Below, piece by piece: positions 37,920-46,514 of a stretch of 64,000 bases of DNA. A program made the position numbers and the translations under genes. The notes under the pieces are model-generated. The model was not told where the DNA came from. It ran no database searches and saw nothing but the letters and a program-made list of their open reading frames with translations. Each line of letters starts with the position of its first letter. Position 1 is the first letter of the stretch. Source of the DNA: Alphaproteobacteria bacterium (lineage in GTDB: Bacteria; Pseudomonadota; Alphaproteobacteria; GCA-2731375); contig JASMDX010000075.1 of NCBI GenBank assembly GCA_030752605.1, positions 17,086 through 81,085 of the forward strand, in the 5' to 3' direction.

Positions 37920-38555
37920 TTAGGCTGATGTCAAGAACACGGCAGCAGCATCCATCGCCGCTTGCCAATTGCCATCCTGGGTGAAGCCGGAGCGTTTGCG
38001 CGGCTTCAGATCATGATTGCCGTCAGGGCACCAATGGAACCGTATGGCGTTGGATAAGGTATAGCCTTCCACCTCCGCTCGGCTGCCGAGTTTGTCCCGC
38101 TCACCCTGAACAAACAGGCTGGGCAGGGCCAAATCCGCCAGGTGCTCGGTGCGCAGCCGTTCCGGCTTGCCGGCGGGGTGAAAGGGATAACCCAGACAGA
38201 CCAGGGCCTGGACTTCCGGCGCGTCCGGTTCGGCGGCCAGCAGCGAGGCCATGCGCCCACCCATGGATTTGCCGCCGATGGCCAGCCGCTCACCAACGCC
38301 CTCCTCGCGCAGCCGTGCGATGACCTCGCGCCAGGATTGCAATAGAATTGCTTGCCGGTCCGGTGGCGGTCTGTTGCCCGTGGCGCGGCGGGTTACCATA
38401 TAGGGGAATTCAAAGCGCACCACTTTGATGCCTTGCTCACCCAAGCCTTCGGCGAAGGTTGTCATGAAGGGGCTATCCATGGCCGCGCCGGCGCCATGGG
38501 CCAGCACAAAGGTTGCTTCGGCTCCCTCGGGGCCGTCGTATAAGAAATTAGCCAT
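37920..38555 (-). CDS. Alpha/beta hydrolase (small, GGKSMGG type)
   Basis: LAHGAGA.MDS, RFEFPY, GGKSMGGR, LGYPFHP, QGERD, H. Start MANFLYDGP. Confidence 0.87.
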   Translation of the reverse strand: MANFLYDGPEGAEATFVLAHGAGAAMDSPFMTTFAEGLGEQGIKVVRFEFPYMVTRRATGNRPPPDRQAILLQSWREVIARLREEGVGERLAIGGKSMGGRMASLLAAEPDAPEVQALVCLGYPFHPAGKPERLRTEHLADLALPSLFVQGERDKLGSRAEVEGYTLSNAIRFHWCPDGNHDLKPRKRSGFTQDGNWQAAMDAAAVFLTSA

Positions 38556-39393
38556 GTCCGAGAGCATACTGCAAAACGAGGGCACAATCCGCCTGACTAT
38601 TTTCTTGGGTGTTCTGGCCGGCATGGCGCTGTGGGAGCTTGCCGCCCCGCGCCGCATCCTGACCCAGAACAAGCCGTACCGTTGGTTCGGCAATCTGGGC
38701 ATCGTGGTGCTGAACACCGCCCTGGGACGCCTGCTCTTTCCCATCCTGGCCGTGGGTGCGGCCTATTGGGCGGAGCAAAATTTCTGGGGGCTGTTCAATT
38801 GGCTGGCGCTACCCGGCTGGCTGGAGGTCGCGGTGGCTGCCGCCCTGCTGGATCTGACCGTCTATTGGCAGCACCGCCTGTTCCACAAGATCCCGCTTTT
38901 ATGGCGCTTGCACCGGATGCACCATGCGGACCCGGATTTTGACGTTACCACGGCGCTGCGCTTTCATCCCTTGAAAATCGCCCTTTCCATGCTGATCAAG
39001 CTGGGTGCGGTGGCGATCCTGGGACCCGCCGCATTGGCCGTGCTGATATTCGAGGTGCTGTTGAATGGCACCGCCATGTTCAACCATGGCAACGTGCGCT
39101 TGCCTCTTGGACTGGACCGTTGGTTGCGTCTGTTGGTGGTAACGCCGCATATGCGCCGGGTGCATCATTCCGTTGAGGCAGGGGAATACAACAGCAATTT
39201 CGGCTTCAATCTGCCTTGGTGGGACCGCCTGTTCGGATCCTACCGGGCTCAGCCGGTGCTGGGTCATGATGAAATGCGGATCGGCCTGCCCGAATACGGT
39301 GGCGGCATTTGCGCCAATCTGATCTGGATGCTAGTGCTTCCCTTCAAGCCGCTGCAGGCTGAATCGCAAGGAATTGAACATGACCAAGGTTGA
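38554..39393 (+). CDS. Sterol desaturase / fatty acid hydroxylase family protein, third His box degenerate
   Basis: HRLFH, HRMHH, RFHP, FNHGN, NFGFNLPWWDRLFGSY; PHMRRVHHS stands where PDMHRVHHS is usual. Confidence 0.82.
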   Translation: MSESILQNEGTIRLTIFLGVLAGMALWELAAPRRILTQNKPYRWFGNLGIVVLNTALGRLLFPILAVGAAYWAEQNFWGLFNWLALPGWLEVAVAAALLDLTVYWQHRLFHKIPLLWRLHRMHHADPDFDVTTALRFHPLKIALSMLIKLGAVAILGPAALAVLIFEVLLNGTAMFNHGNVRLPLGLDRWLRLLVVTPHMRRVHHSVEAGEYNSNFGFNLPWWDRLFGSYRAQPVLGHDEMRIGLPEYGGGICANLIWMLVLPFKPLQAESQGIEHDQG

Positions 39394-40435
39394 GGTTGAT
39401 AGCCTGCCCGTATCCGTGATCACGGGCTTTCTGGGCAGTGGCAAGACCACCCTGTTGAACCGTTTGATTCAGCATCCGGGCATGGCCAAAACCGCTGTGG
39501 TAATCAACGAGTTTGGCGAGATCGGCATCGACAACATGCTGGTGGAAAGCGTCGATGATGATGTGGTCTTGATGTCCAGCGGCTGTCTGTGCTGCACCAT
39601 TCGGGGTGAATTGGTGGATACCTTGAAAAGTCTGTTCACCCGCCGCGCCAAACAGGAAATTCCGGATTTCGAGCGTCTGGTGATCGAAACCACGGGCTTG
39701 GCCGACCCCGCGCCCATCCTACACACCCTGATGGCCGATCCGTTCCTTATGGGCCGCTACCGCCTGGACGGCGTCATCTCGACGGCGGATGCGATGTTGG
39801 CGGCGAATACCATGGAGAAACATGCCGAGGCAATAAAGCAGGCCGCGGTGGCCGACCGTATCGTTATTACCAAGTCGGATCTGGCCGACGACGGCGCCAT
39901 CGAGGCGTTGGAGGGACTACTAAGCGGACTAAACCCGGCGGCCCATATTCACCGCGCCGCCCATGGCGAGATTGATCCAGCACTTTTGTTCAATGCCGGC
40001 CTGTATGACCCGGAAACCAAATCCCTGGATGTGCAGCGCTGGTTGTCTGCGGAAGCCTATGAAGAGCCGGACGGGCACGGGCATGATCATGGCCATGAGC
40101 ATGACGTAAATCGCCACGATGATCAGATCCAGGCCTATTGTGTTTATCTCGACGAGCGTCTGCCTTGGGATCAGATCGCCAGCTGGCTGGAACTGCTGAC
40201 CACCTATCGTGGCGATGATATTCTGCGCATCAAGGGCATGCTGAACGTGGCGGAAAGCGAGACGCCCATCGTGGTCCATGGCGTGCAGCATATGTTCCAT
40301 CCGCCGGTACAGTTGGACGAATGGCCCGATGACGACCATCGCTCCCGCATTGTCTTCATCACTCGTGGCCTGGATCGGGAGGTAGTGGAAAACATGCTGA
40401 TAGCGCTGACTCAGAAAGAAGGCTCAGCCGTCTAG
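39380..40435 (+). CDS. COG0523/CobW family metallochaperone GTPase
   Basis: GFLGSGKTT, NEFGE, GCLCC, IETTGLADP, TKSD, His-rich HGHDHGHEHD, LRIKG. Confidence 0.92.
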   Translation: MTKVEVDSLPVSVITGFLGSGKTTLLNRLIQHPGMAKTAVVINEFGEIGIDNMLVESVDDDVVLMSSGCLCCTIRGELVDTLKSLFTRRAKQEIPDFERLVIETTGLADPAPILHTLMADPFLMGRYRLDGVISTADAMLAANTMEKHAEAIKQAAVADRIVITKSDLADDGAIEALEGLLSGLNPAAHIHRAAHGEIDPALLFNAGLYDPETKSLDVQRWLSAEAYEEPDGHGHDHGHEHDVNRHDDQIQAYCVYLDERLPWDQIASWLELLTTYRGDDILRIKGMLNVAESETPIVVHGVQHMFHPPVQLDEWPDDDHRSRIVFITRGLDREVVENMLIALTQKEGSAV

Positions 40436-41133
40436 GTTGGCGGCCTTCCAGTCTTCATAAGCCTGCAAAGTCGCGGCATTGGGCGGATAGGTGCCTATGG
40501 TGGGATGGCCGGCTTCGACCCGCGATTTAAGAAAACCTTCCAACCGTTCCTGTTCCGAGCCGTCGTTGGCGACTTCCTCGGCCATGGCTTGTGGTACGAC
40601 CACGACGCCATCGCTGTCCCCGACCAGCACATCGCCTGGCAGGACCGCGATGCCACCACAGGCGATGGGGCGCTGTAAATCCGCACCAAAATGGACATTT
40701 AGACTGGCTGGCGCAGCGCTGCCGGCGCAAAAAACCGGTAGTAATCCGGCTGCCACCTCAACCCCGTCCCGGACGGGTCCGTCACTGATTACCGCCGCGA
40801 TACCCCGCTCCTGCAACCGTGCCGCCAAAATGTCGCCGATCACGCCGGCGCTTAGTTCGCCACGGGCATCGATGACCATGGCGTGGCCTGGGGGATGTCT
40901 TCAACCGCCTTACGCGGCGGGTACTCCGGGTCGCCCAGCACCTCCACACGGGACAAATCCTCGCGCATGGGTATAAATCGAAGGGTATAAGCCAAAGCGG
41001 CGAAGCGGCAATTCTCCGGATCTAGGGGCCGGGCGCCAACAATGAAACAATTGCGCAGGCCGCGTTTTAGCAATTGCATGGTCAGCGTTACGGTCGAAAT
41101 GCCCTCGAATAGCTGCAATACCTCTGGTTTCAT
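40424..41133 (-). pseudogene. RraA/HMG-aldolase family gene split by a 1-nt frameshift
   Basis: The N-part (40852-41133, AYTLRFIPMRED) and C-part (40424-40879, VIDARG..GVIGD..DGPVRD..PGDVLVGDSDGVVVVP) join as DIPPGHAMVIDARG if one G is added to the G5 run at 40890-40894. Confidence 0.8.
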
Positions 41134-42311
41134 AGCAGGTTCCGAGCCGATAAATTAGCCAGCAGGGCACCGACGCCGAAGGTCCAGGGCGGGATCTTGT
41201 CCGTATGGTTGATCTGATTGGTCAGGCTGCCCAACAGAGGGTTGGCGATGGTGACTATATCGCCCAGATGATGGGTAAAGCCCTGGCCGGGGGCGTCGCG
41301 GTCCTCGGTGGGGGCGAACATGGTGCCTGTGAACAGCAACAAACCGTCGGGAAAATGATTGTGCGGCCCACAGGCATAGGTGGCCAGGTCGGCCAGATCG
41401 CGGCTGATTTCGGCAATCGAGGAGCTGCCTTGCAATTCGAAGCCATCGCTGCCTGAAACCCAAAGGCTAATGTCCATGGCGCGGACATGGCCGAGGTTGA
41501 AACCGTCATCAAACAGGCGGATGAATGGTCCCACGGCGCAGGAGGCGCGGTTGTCCTTGGCCTTACCCAGCAACAATGCGCTGCGGCCCTCGAAATCCCG
41601 TAAATTAACGTCGTTGCCCAGGCAGGCGCCAACAATACGGCCGTCCGGCGCAATGGCCAGGACGATTTCCGGTTCCGGGTTGTTCCAGGAGGATTTGGGG
41701 TGGATGCCGATCTCGGCCCCGATGCCAACGGCGGCCATGGGTTGGGATTTAGTGAAGACCTCCGCATCCGGGCCGATGCCGACTTCCAGGTATTGTGACC
41801 ATAGGCCCCGTTCCTCCAAGACCGCCTTGACGCGGGCGGCTTCTTCGGAACCCGGCGCGATATCCGCCAGGGACTGGCCAATCTCGGCCCCAATGGCGTT
41901 GCGGATCTCTGCCGCCTTGTTCGGATCGCCTTTGGCCTGTTCCTCGATCACCCGTTCTAGCATGGAACTGACAAAGGTCACGCCACAGGCCTTTAGCGCT
42001 TGCAGGTCTGCCGGTGCCAGAAAATAGGGTTGCTCGGAATCCCGGTTATCGTGGGCGCCGTTGGCGAGCATTGCCTCTACATCGCCCAGGCGCACGCCCT
42101 TGCCTTCAATGGCGGCGGCCGCCGGATTTTCCATGGCCAGCAATCCCGAGAGGGTGGGCGAGACAGACAATAGATCAAAGACGCCGTCGTCGCTGACCAG
42201 GACCGGTGTTGGCCCACCCCAATCGCCCGGCAGCCAGACGCGGCCGACAAAGCATCCGGCCAGACCATCTTCGGGCAAGGTATTCGCGGCGGTGAGTGAA
42301 ATCTGGGTCAT
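41130..42311 (-). CDS. Fumarylacetoacetate hydrolase family protein (2-keto-3-deoxy-pentonate dehydratase-like)
   Basis: KACGVTF..SMLERVIEE, WSQYLEVGIGPDAEVFTK, WNNPEPE, GNDVNLRDFEGRSALLL, GTMFAP. Start MTQIS after GAGG. Confidence 0.87.
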   Translation of the reverse strand: MTQISLTAANTLPEDGLAGCFVGRVWLPGDWGGPTPVLVSDDGVFDLLSVSPTLSGLLAMENPAAAAIEGKGVRLGDVEAMLANGAHDNRDSEQPYFLAPADLQALKACGVTFVSSMLERVIEEQAKGDPNKAAEIRNAIGAEIGQSLADIAPGSEEAARVKAVLEERGLWSQYLEVGIGPDAEVFTKSQPMAAVGIGAEIGIHPKSSWNNPEPEIVLAIAPDGRIVGACLGNDVNLRDFEGRSALLLGKAKDNRASCAVGPFIRLFDDGFNLGHVRAMDISLWVSGSDGFELQGSSSIAEISRDLADLATYACGPHNHFPDGLLLFTGTMFAPTEDRDAPGQGFTHHLGDIVTIANPLLGSLTNQINHTDKIPPWTFGVGALLANLSARNLL

Positions 42312-42461
42312 TTGGTCTGTTTCCTCAAGAGCTTCCCGGCATTCATGGCCGCCAGTATGGCAATAGCGGGGCCAAGGGGGAAGCGGCAAAGAAGTTGTTG
42401 GACCCCGGGCAAAGCGGCTACATTTGTCCGCACGGCCCCAGATTAACGTAAGGACAACGAA

Positions 42462-42968
42462 ATGCCCGCCAATGCCCGCCTTATTGCAGCGCTTGCCGCT
42501 GTTTTGTACCTTTTCACTTCGCTGGTCCCGGCGCAGGCCATTTCGGCGCGAGAAAAGGACTTTCAAGATTGGCGCCTGCGTTGCGAGCGCAAGAGCGACA
42601 ATGATCCCGAACGCTGCTTTATCATGCAGATCGCCAAGGCCTTGAAGAACAAACGCGATATCCTGCGTATCGGAGTGCGCTACCTGGAACCGGAAAAACC
42701 GGCCATGATATTTCTGACTCTGCCCTTGGGGATTTATCTGCCCGATGGTTTGCTGTTTCTGGTCGATGGGGGCGAGATCCTAAACATACCGGTGGAAATC
42801 TGCATGGCCAATGGTTGCCACACGCGCATGGCGCTGGAAGGCGCTTTGTTGAAAACTCTAAAAGGCGGGCGTCAGGCCACCTTGACCTTTTATGATGGCC
42901 AGCAGCAAAAGATCACTGTGCCGATTTCCTTGGCCGGGTTTACAGCCGCCTATGCCGCCTTAAAATAA
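42462..42968 (+). CDS. Invasion associated locus B (IalB) family protein
   Basis: Signal peptide, FQDWRLRC..C, LPLG.YLP.G, C...GC, ISLAGFTAAY. Confidence 0.85.
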   Translation: MPANARLIAALAAVLYLFTSLVPAQAISAREKDFQDWRLRCERKSDNDPERCFIMQIAKALKNKRDILRIGVRYLEPEKPAMIFLTLPLGIYLPDGLLFLVDGGEILNIPVEICMANGCHTRMALEGALLKTLKGGRQATLTFYDGQQQKITVPISLAGFTAAYAALK

Positions 42969-42986
42969 GCAAGAAAATAGGGAGAA

Positions 42987-44030
42987 ATGATTATGACAGA
43001 GACACCAGCAATAGACCCCACGGATCTGATGTGGGAATACCTGAAAGGCTTCCACGCCGTGCATCATATGGCGATCGGCAACGAACTGGGCCTGTTTGCC
43101 AAGATCAACGAGGCCGGGGAGGGCGGTCGCACGCCGGCCAGTCTGGCGGCGGATTTGGATCTTCACGGGCTCTACGTCGATGTCTGGTGCAAGACCGGTT
43201 ATCACTACGGCCTGCTGGAAGAGGGCGAGGCGGGCTGTTTTGTTCTGGCCGAGATGATGGATAAACTATTGGTGAATGCCGGCGATCCGCGCAATTTGGC
43301 GCCGCTTATTTCTTCGACGGTGAATTATGGCAGCGATGATTTGCGTACATATGCCGAGAATTTCAGGACCGGCGGGACGCATCGTTTTCAGGAACATGGT
43401 GATGATTTTTCACGCCATGTGGGCGATTCCACGGCGGGTTTCCATACCGTCGTGGCCCGGCGCATGCTAGGTGGCATCCCCGGCCTGAAGGGCAAGTTGG
43501 AAGCTGGCGCCAAGGTGCTGGATGTGGGCTGCGGCATCGGTGGCCTGATGATGAAGGTGGCCCAAGCTTGGCCCAATTGCGAATGCGTCGGTGTTGATAT
43601 CGATCCCCATGGCGTACAGCAGGCCCGTGCCAAGGTCGCGGCCTCGGACGTGGCCGACCGGGTCACGGTGGAAGCCGTGGGCTCAGACGGGATTGGCCAT
43701 GATGGTGAATTCGATCTGGCCATCATGTTCGAAGTGTTGCACGAGATTGACGATGGCATCCGCCCTGATGTTATCAAGGATGTTGCGAAATCCCTGAAGA
43801 CTGGCGGGGTAATGTTCATTCTGGATGAAACCTATCCATCCGATCTCTCCGGCTTGCGTGATCCCAGTTATAACTTCGCTGTTCAGACGCAATTCAATGA
43901 GTTGATCTGGGGCAACGTGGTGCCGACCATCGAGATGCAGCGTGAGTTGTTCGCCGGCGCCGGGTTGAAGGAAGTTGCCCGCGAGCCCATCGGTGGCATC
44001 TTCACTATGTTGGTCGCTGTGAAGGAGTAG
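42987..44030 (+). CDS. Class I SAM-dependent methyltransferase with N-terminal wHTH/dimerisation domain
   Basis: ELGLF, VLDVGCGIG, GVDID, FEVLHE. Confidence 0.85.
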   Translation: MIMTETPAIDPTDLMWEYLKGFHAVHHMAIGNELGLFAKINEAGEGGRTPASLAADLDLHGLYVDVWCKTGYHYGLLEEGEAGCFVLAEMMDKLLVNAGDPRNLAPLISSTVNYGSDDLRTYAENFRTGGTHRFQEHGDDFSRHVGDSTAGFHTVVARRMLGGIPGLKGKLEAGAKVLDVGCGIGGLMMKVAQAWPNCECVGVDIDPHGVQQARAKVAASDVADRVTVEAVGSDGIGHDGEFDLAIMFEVLHEIDDGIRPDVIKDVAKSLKTGGVMFILDETYPSDLSGLRDPSYNFAVQTQFNELIWGNVVPTIEMQRELFAGAGLKEVAREPIGGIFTMLVAVKE

Positions 44031-44035
44031 CGGTC

Positions 44036-44830
44036 ATGGCATCCGACCCCATCAGCGGTGCCGCGCGCTATCTGTTCGACGCCGCCCAGGCCAAGGAACA
44101 GGGCGCGCCGTTGCCGAGCGATCTGGCGCCCGCAGATGTGGCAACGGCCTATCTGGTCCAAGACATGCTGCAGGCCTTTTGGACCGAGTCCGGCGCCGGC
44201 GAGGTGGTGGGATGGAAGGTCGCCCTGACATCCAAGGTAATGCAGGAACTGGTTGGCGTGGCGCAACCTTGCGAGGGCGCGATTTTTGCCTCCCGTATGC
44301 ATCATGGCACCGCCAGTCTAGCGCATGACAGCCTGGTCAATATCGGCGTGGAGTCTGAGATTGCCGTGCGCATTGCCCATGATCTGCCGGCGTTGGATGG
44401 CCCCTACGATCAGAACAATATCGCCGAGGCTGTGGCGGCTTGTATGGCCGCTATCGAAATCGTCGACGACCGGGCCATCGACTACAGCCTGGTCGATGCG
44501 CCGCTTCTGATCTCTGACAATTCCTTCAATGCTGGCTGCATCCTGGGTGAAGAGGTCACGGCCTGGCAGGATCTGGATCTGGCGGCATTGCCGGGCCGCA
44601 TGCTGATCAACGACGAGGTCGTGGGTGAAGGCGTTGGCCGCGATGCCTTGGGCCATCCCCTGGTGCCGCTAGCCTGGCTGGCCAACAACCTGAATGAACG
44701 GGGGACCATGTTGCGGGCCGGCGACGTGGTTCTGACCGGCTCTATCGTTGCCACCAAATGGCTGCAACCGGGTGATCATATGGTCAGCGAAGTTGATGGT
44801 CTGGGCCGGGCCGGTCTGACCGTGACTTAA
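44036..44830 (+). CDS. 2-keto-4-pentenoate hydratase-like protein (FAH superfamily)
   Basis: AYLVQ, GWKVALTS, ESEIA, IEIVDDR, DN, WLANNL, VLTGS. Confidence 0.85.
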   Translation: MASDPISGAARYLFDAAQAKEQGAPLPSDLAPADVATAYLVQDMLQAFWTESGAGEVVGWKVALTSKVMQELVGVAQPCEGAIFASRMHHGTASLAHDSLVNIGVESEIAVRIAHDLPALDGPYDQNNIAEAVAACMAAIEIVDDRAIDYSLVDAPLLISDNSFNAGCILGEEVTAWQDLDLAALPGRMLINDEVVGEGVGRDALGHPLVPLAWLANNLNERGTMLRAGDVVLTGSIVATKWLQPGDHMVSEVDGLGRAGLTVT

Positions 44831-44843
44831 GGTTGGATGTGAT

Positions 44844-46403
44844 ATGAGCAATTTGCACCAAGGCCTGACCAATCCATTATTGATGCTGCGGACCCTTGCC
44901 CGCTGGGGCAGCCGGGTCGCCTTCAGCGGTTATGGCGGCGCCTTTACCTACGCCCAATGCCATGATCTGGTGGGACGTTACCAAGCGGTCATGCAAGGTG
45001 CGGGCGTAACGCGCGGACAGCGAATTGCCTTGTTGAACGCCAATCGGGCCGAGGCTTGGCTGGCGAGTATCGCGGCACAAGGCCTGGGCCTGTGCGCTAT
45101 CTCCCTGCATCCTCTGGGTGCTTACGAAGACCAGCAATTCATTCTTGAAGATGCTGAAATCGACCATTTGTTCGTAGATACGGAAAACTATCTCGAACGG
45201 GGTGCCGAATTGGCGGCGGCAACGCCACGACTGCAAAATGTCTTTACCTTGGGCCCGGCGGATTATGGCCTGGATATCCGGCTTGCAGGTAGCAATGTGG
45301 GGGCGGTGTCGCCGGTCAACCTATGCCAGCCAGATGACGACGGGATGCTGGGCTATACCGGAGGTACCACGGGAAAATCCAAGGGTGCTCTGCGCCGACA
45401 TCATTCCTTTGTCGCCATGATCAACGCGGTAACGGCGGATTTTGAATGGCCCGACGACATCGTTTACCTTGCCGTGGCGCCGATTTCTCATGTCGGCGGC
45501 ACAAAAATTCCAACGACCTTGTTGCGCGGCGGTAGGGTCCATATGCACCATGGTTTTGATCCGGAAGCGGTGCTGGATGATATCGGGACGGAACAGATTT
45601 CGGCCACGCTGCTGGTGCCGACCATGGTCAATATCCTGCTCGACCATCCGAAACTGGATGAGGCCGATCTTTCCAGTTTGGAATTGCTGATGTATGGCGC
45701 CGCGCCTATGTCGCCCACCCGTTTGTTGGAAGGGTTGGAGCGGATCGGCCCGGTGTTCTGCCAACTATACGGCCAGACCGAAGGCTATCCCCTGACCGTG
45801 TTGCGCAAGGGCGATCATAATAGGGATGCTCCCGATCTATTCGCGGCCTGTGGCCATCCATGTACCTCGGTCCAGATCGCCTTGCTGGACGAGGAAGGCA
45901 ACGAAGTGCCGGCGGGCGAGGTGGGCGAAATCTGCGCCCAGGCACCGCAGGTGATGGACGAATACTGGCAGCGCCCGGAACAGACGGCGGAGACACTGGC
46001 GAACGGCTGGCTGCATACGGGCGACATGGCCTATGCCGACGAGCGCGGCTATCTCTATATTGTCGATCGCAAGAAGGACATGATCATCACGGGCGGTTTC
46101 AACGTCTTTCCCCGCGAAGTGGAAGATGTCTTGACCACGGATCAAAACGTCGCCATGGCTGCGGTGATCGGTGTGCCCGACGATAAATGGGGCGAAGCGG
46201 TTAAGGCCGTGGTGATTCCACGCCCTGGAGCCGAGATCGATGTAGATGCCCTGATCCAGCGGGTCCGGGATGCCAAGGGCGCGGTGCAGGCGCCGAAATC
46301 AGTGGATATAGTGGAGGAAATTCCTCTGACCCCCCTGGGTAAGCCGGATAAGAAGGCCTTACGTGAGACCTATTGGGCCGGCCAAGGCCGCCGCGTCGGG
46401 TAA
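44844..46403 (+). CDS. AMP-dependent acyl-CoA synthetase
   Basis: YTGGTTGKSKG, YGQTE, WLHTGD, DRKKDMIITGG, TPLGK. Confidence 0.92.
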   Translation: MSNLHQGLTNPLLMLRTLARWGSRVAFSGYGGAFTYAQCHDLVGRYQAVMQGAGVTRGQRIALLNANRAEAWLASIAAQGLGLCAISLHPLGAYEDQQFILEDAEIDHLFVDTENYLERGAELAAATPRLQNVFTLGPADYGLDIRLAGSNVGAVSPVNLCQPDDDGMLGYTGGTTGKSKGALRRHHSFVAMINAVTADFEWPDDIVYLAVAPISHVGGTKIPTTLLRGGRVHMHHGFDPEAVLDDIGTEQISATLLVPTMVNILLDHPKLDEADLSSLELLMYGAAPMSPTRLLEGLERIGPVFCQLYGQTEGYPLTVLRKGDHNRDAPDLFAACGHPCTSVQIALLDEEGNEVPAGEVGEICAQAPQVMDEYWQRPEQTAETLANGWLHTGDMAYADERGYLYIVDRKKDMIITGGFNVFPREVEDVLTTDQNVAMAAVIGVPDDKWGEAVKAVVIPRPGAEIDVDALIQRVRDAKGAVQAPKSVDIVEEIPLTPLGKPDKKALRETYWAGQGRRVG

Positions 46404-46514
46404 TCGTGGAAATGATGAAGGAAGCGGAAGCTTTGTGCGGCGATTTATTGTAAAAGCATATTCACGCAACGACGTTACCTACCTCTCCGCGAACCCCTGT
46501 TAGGGAGCCGAACA

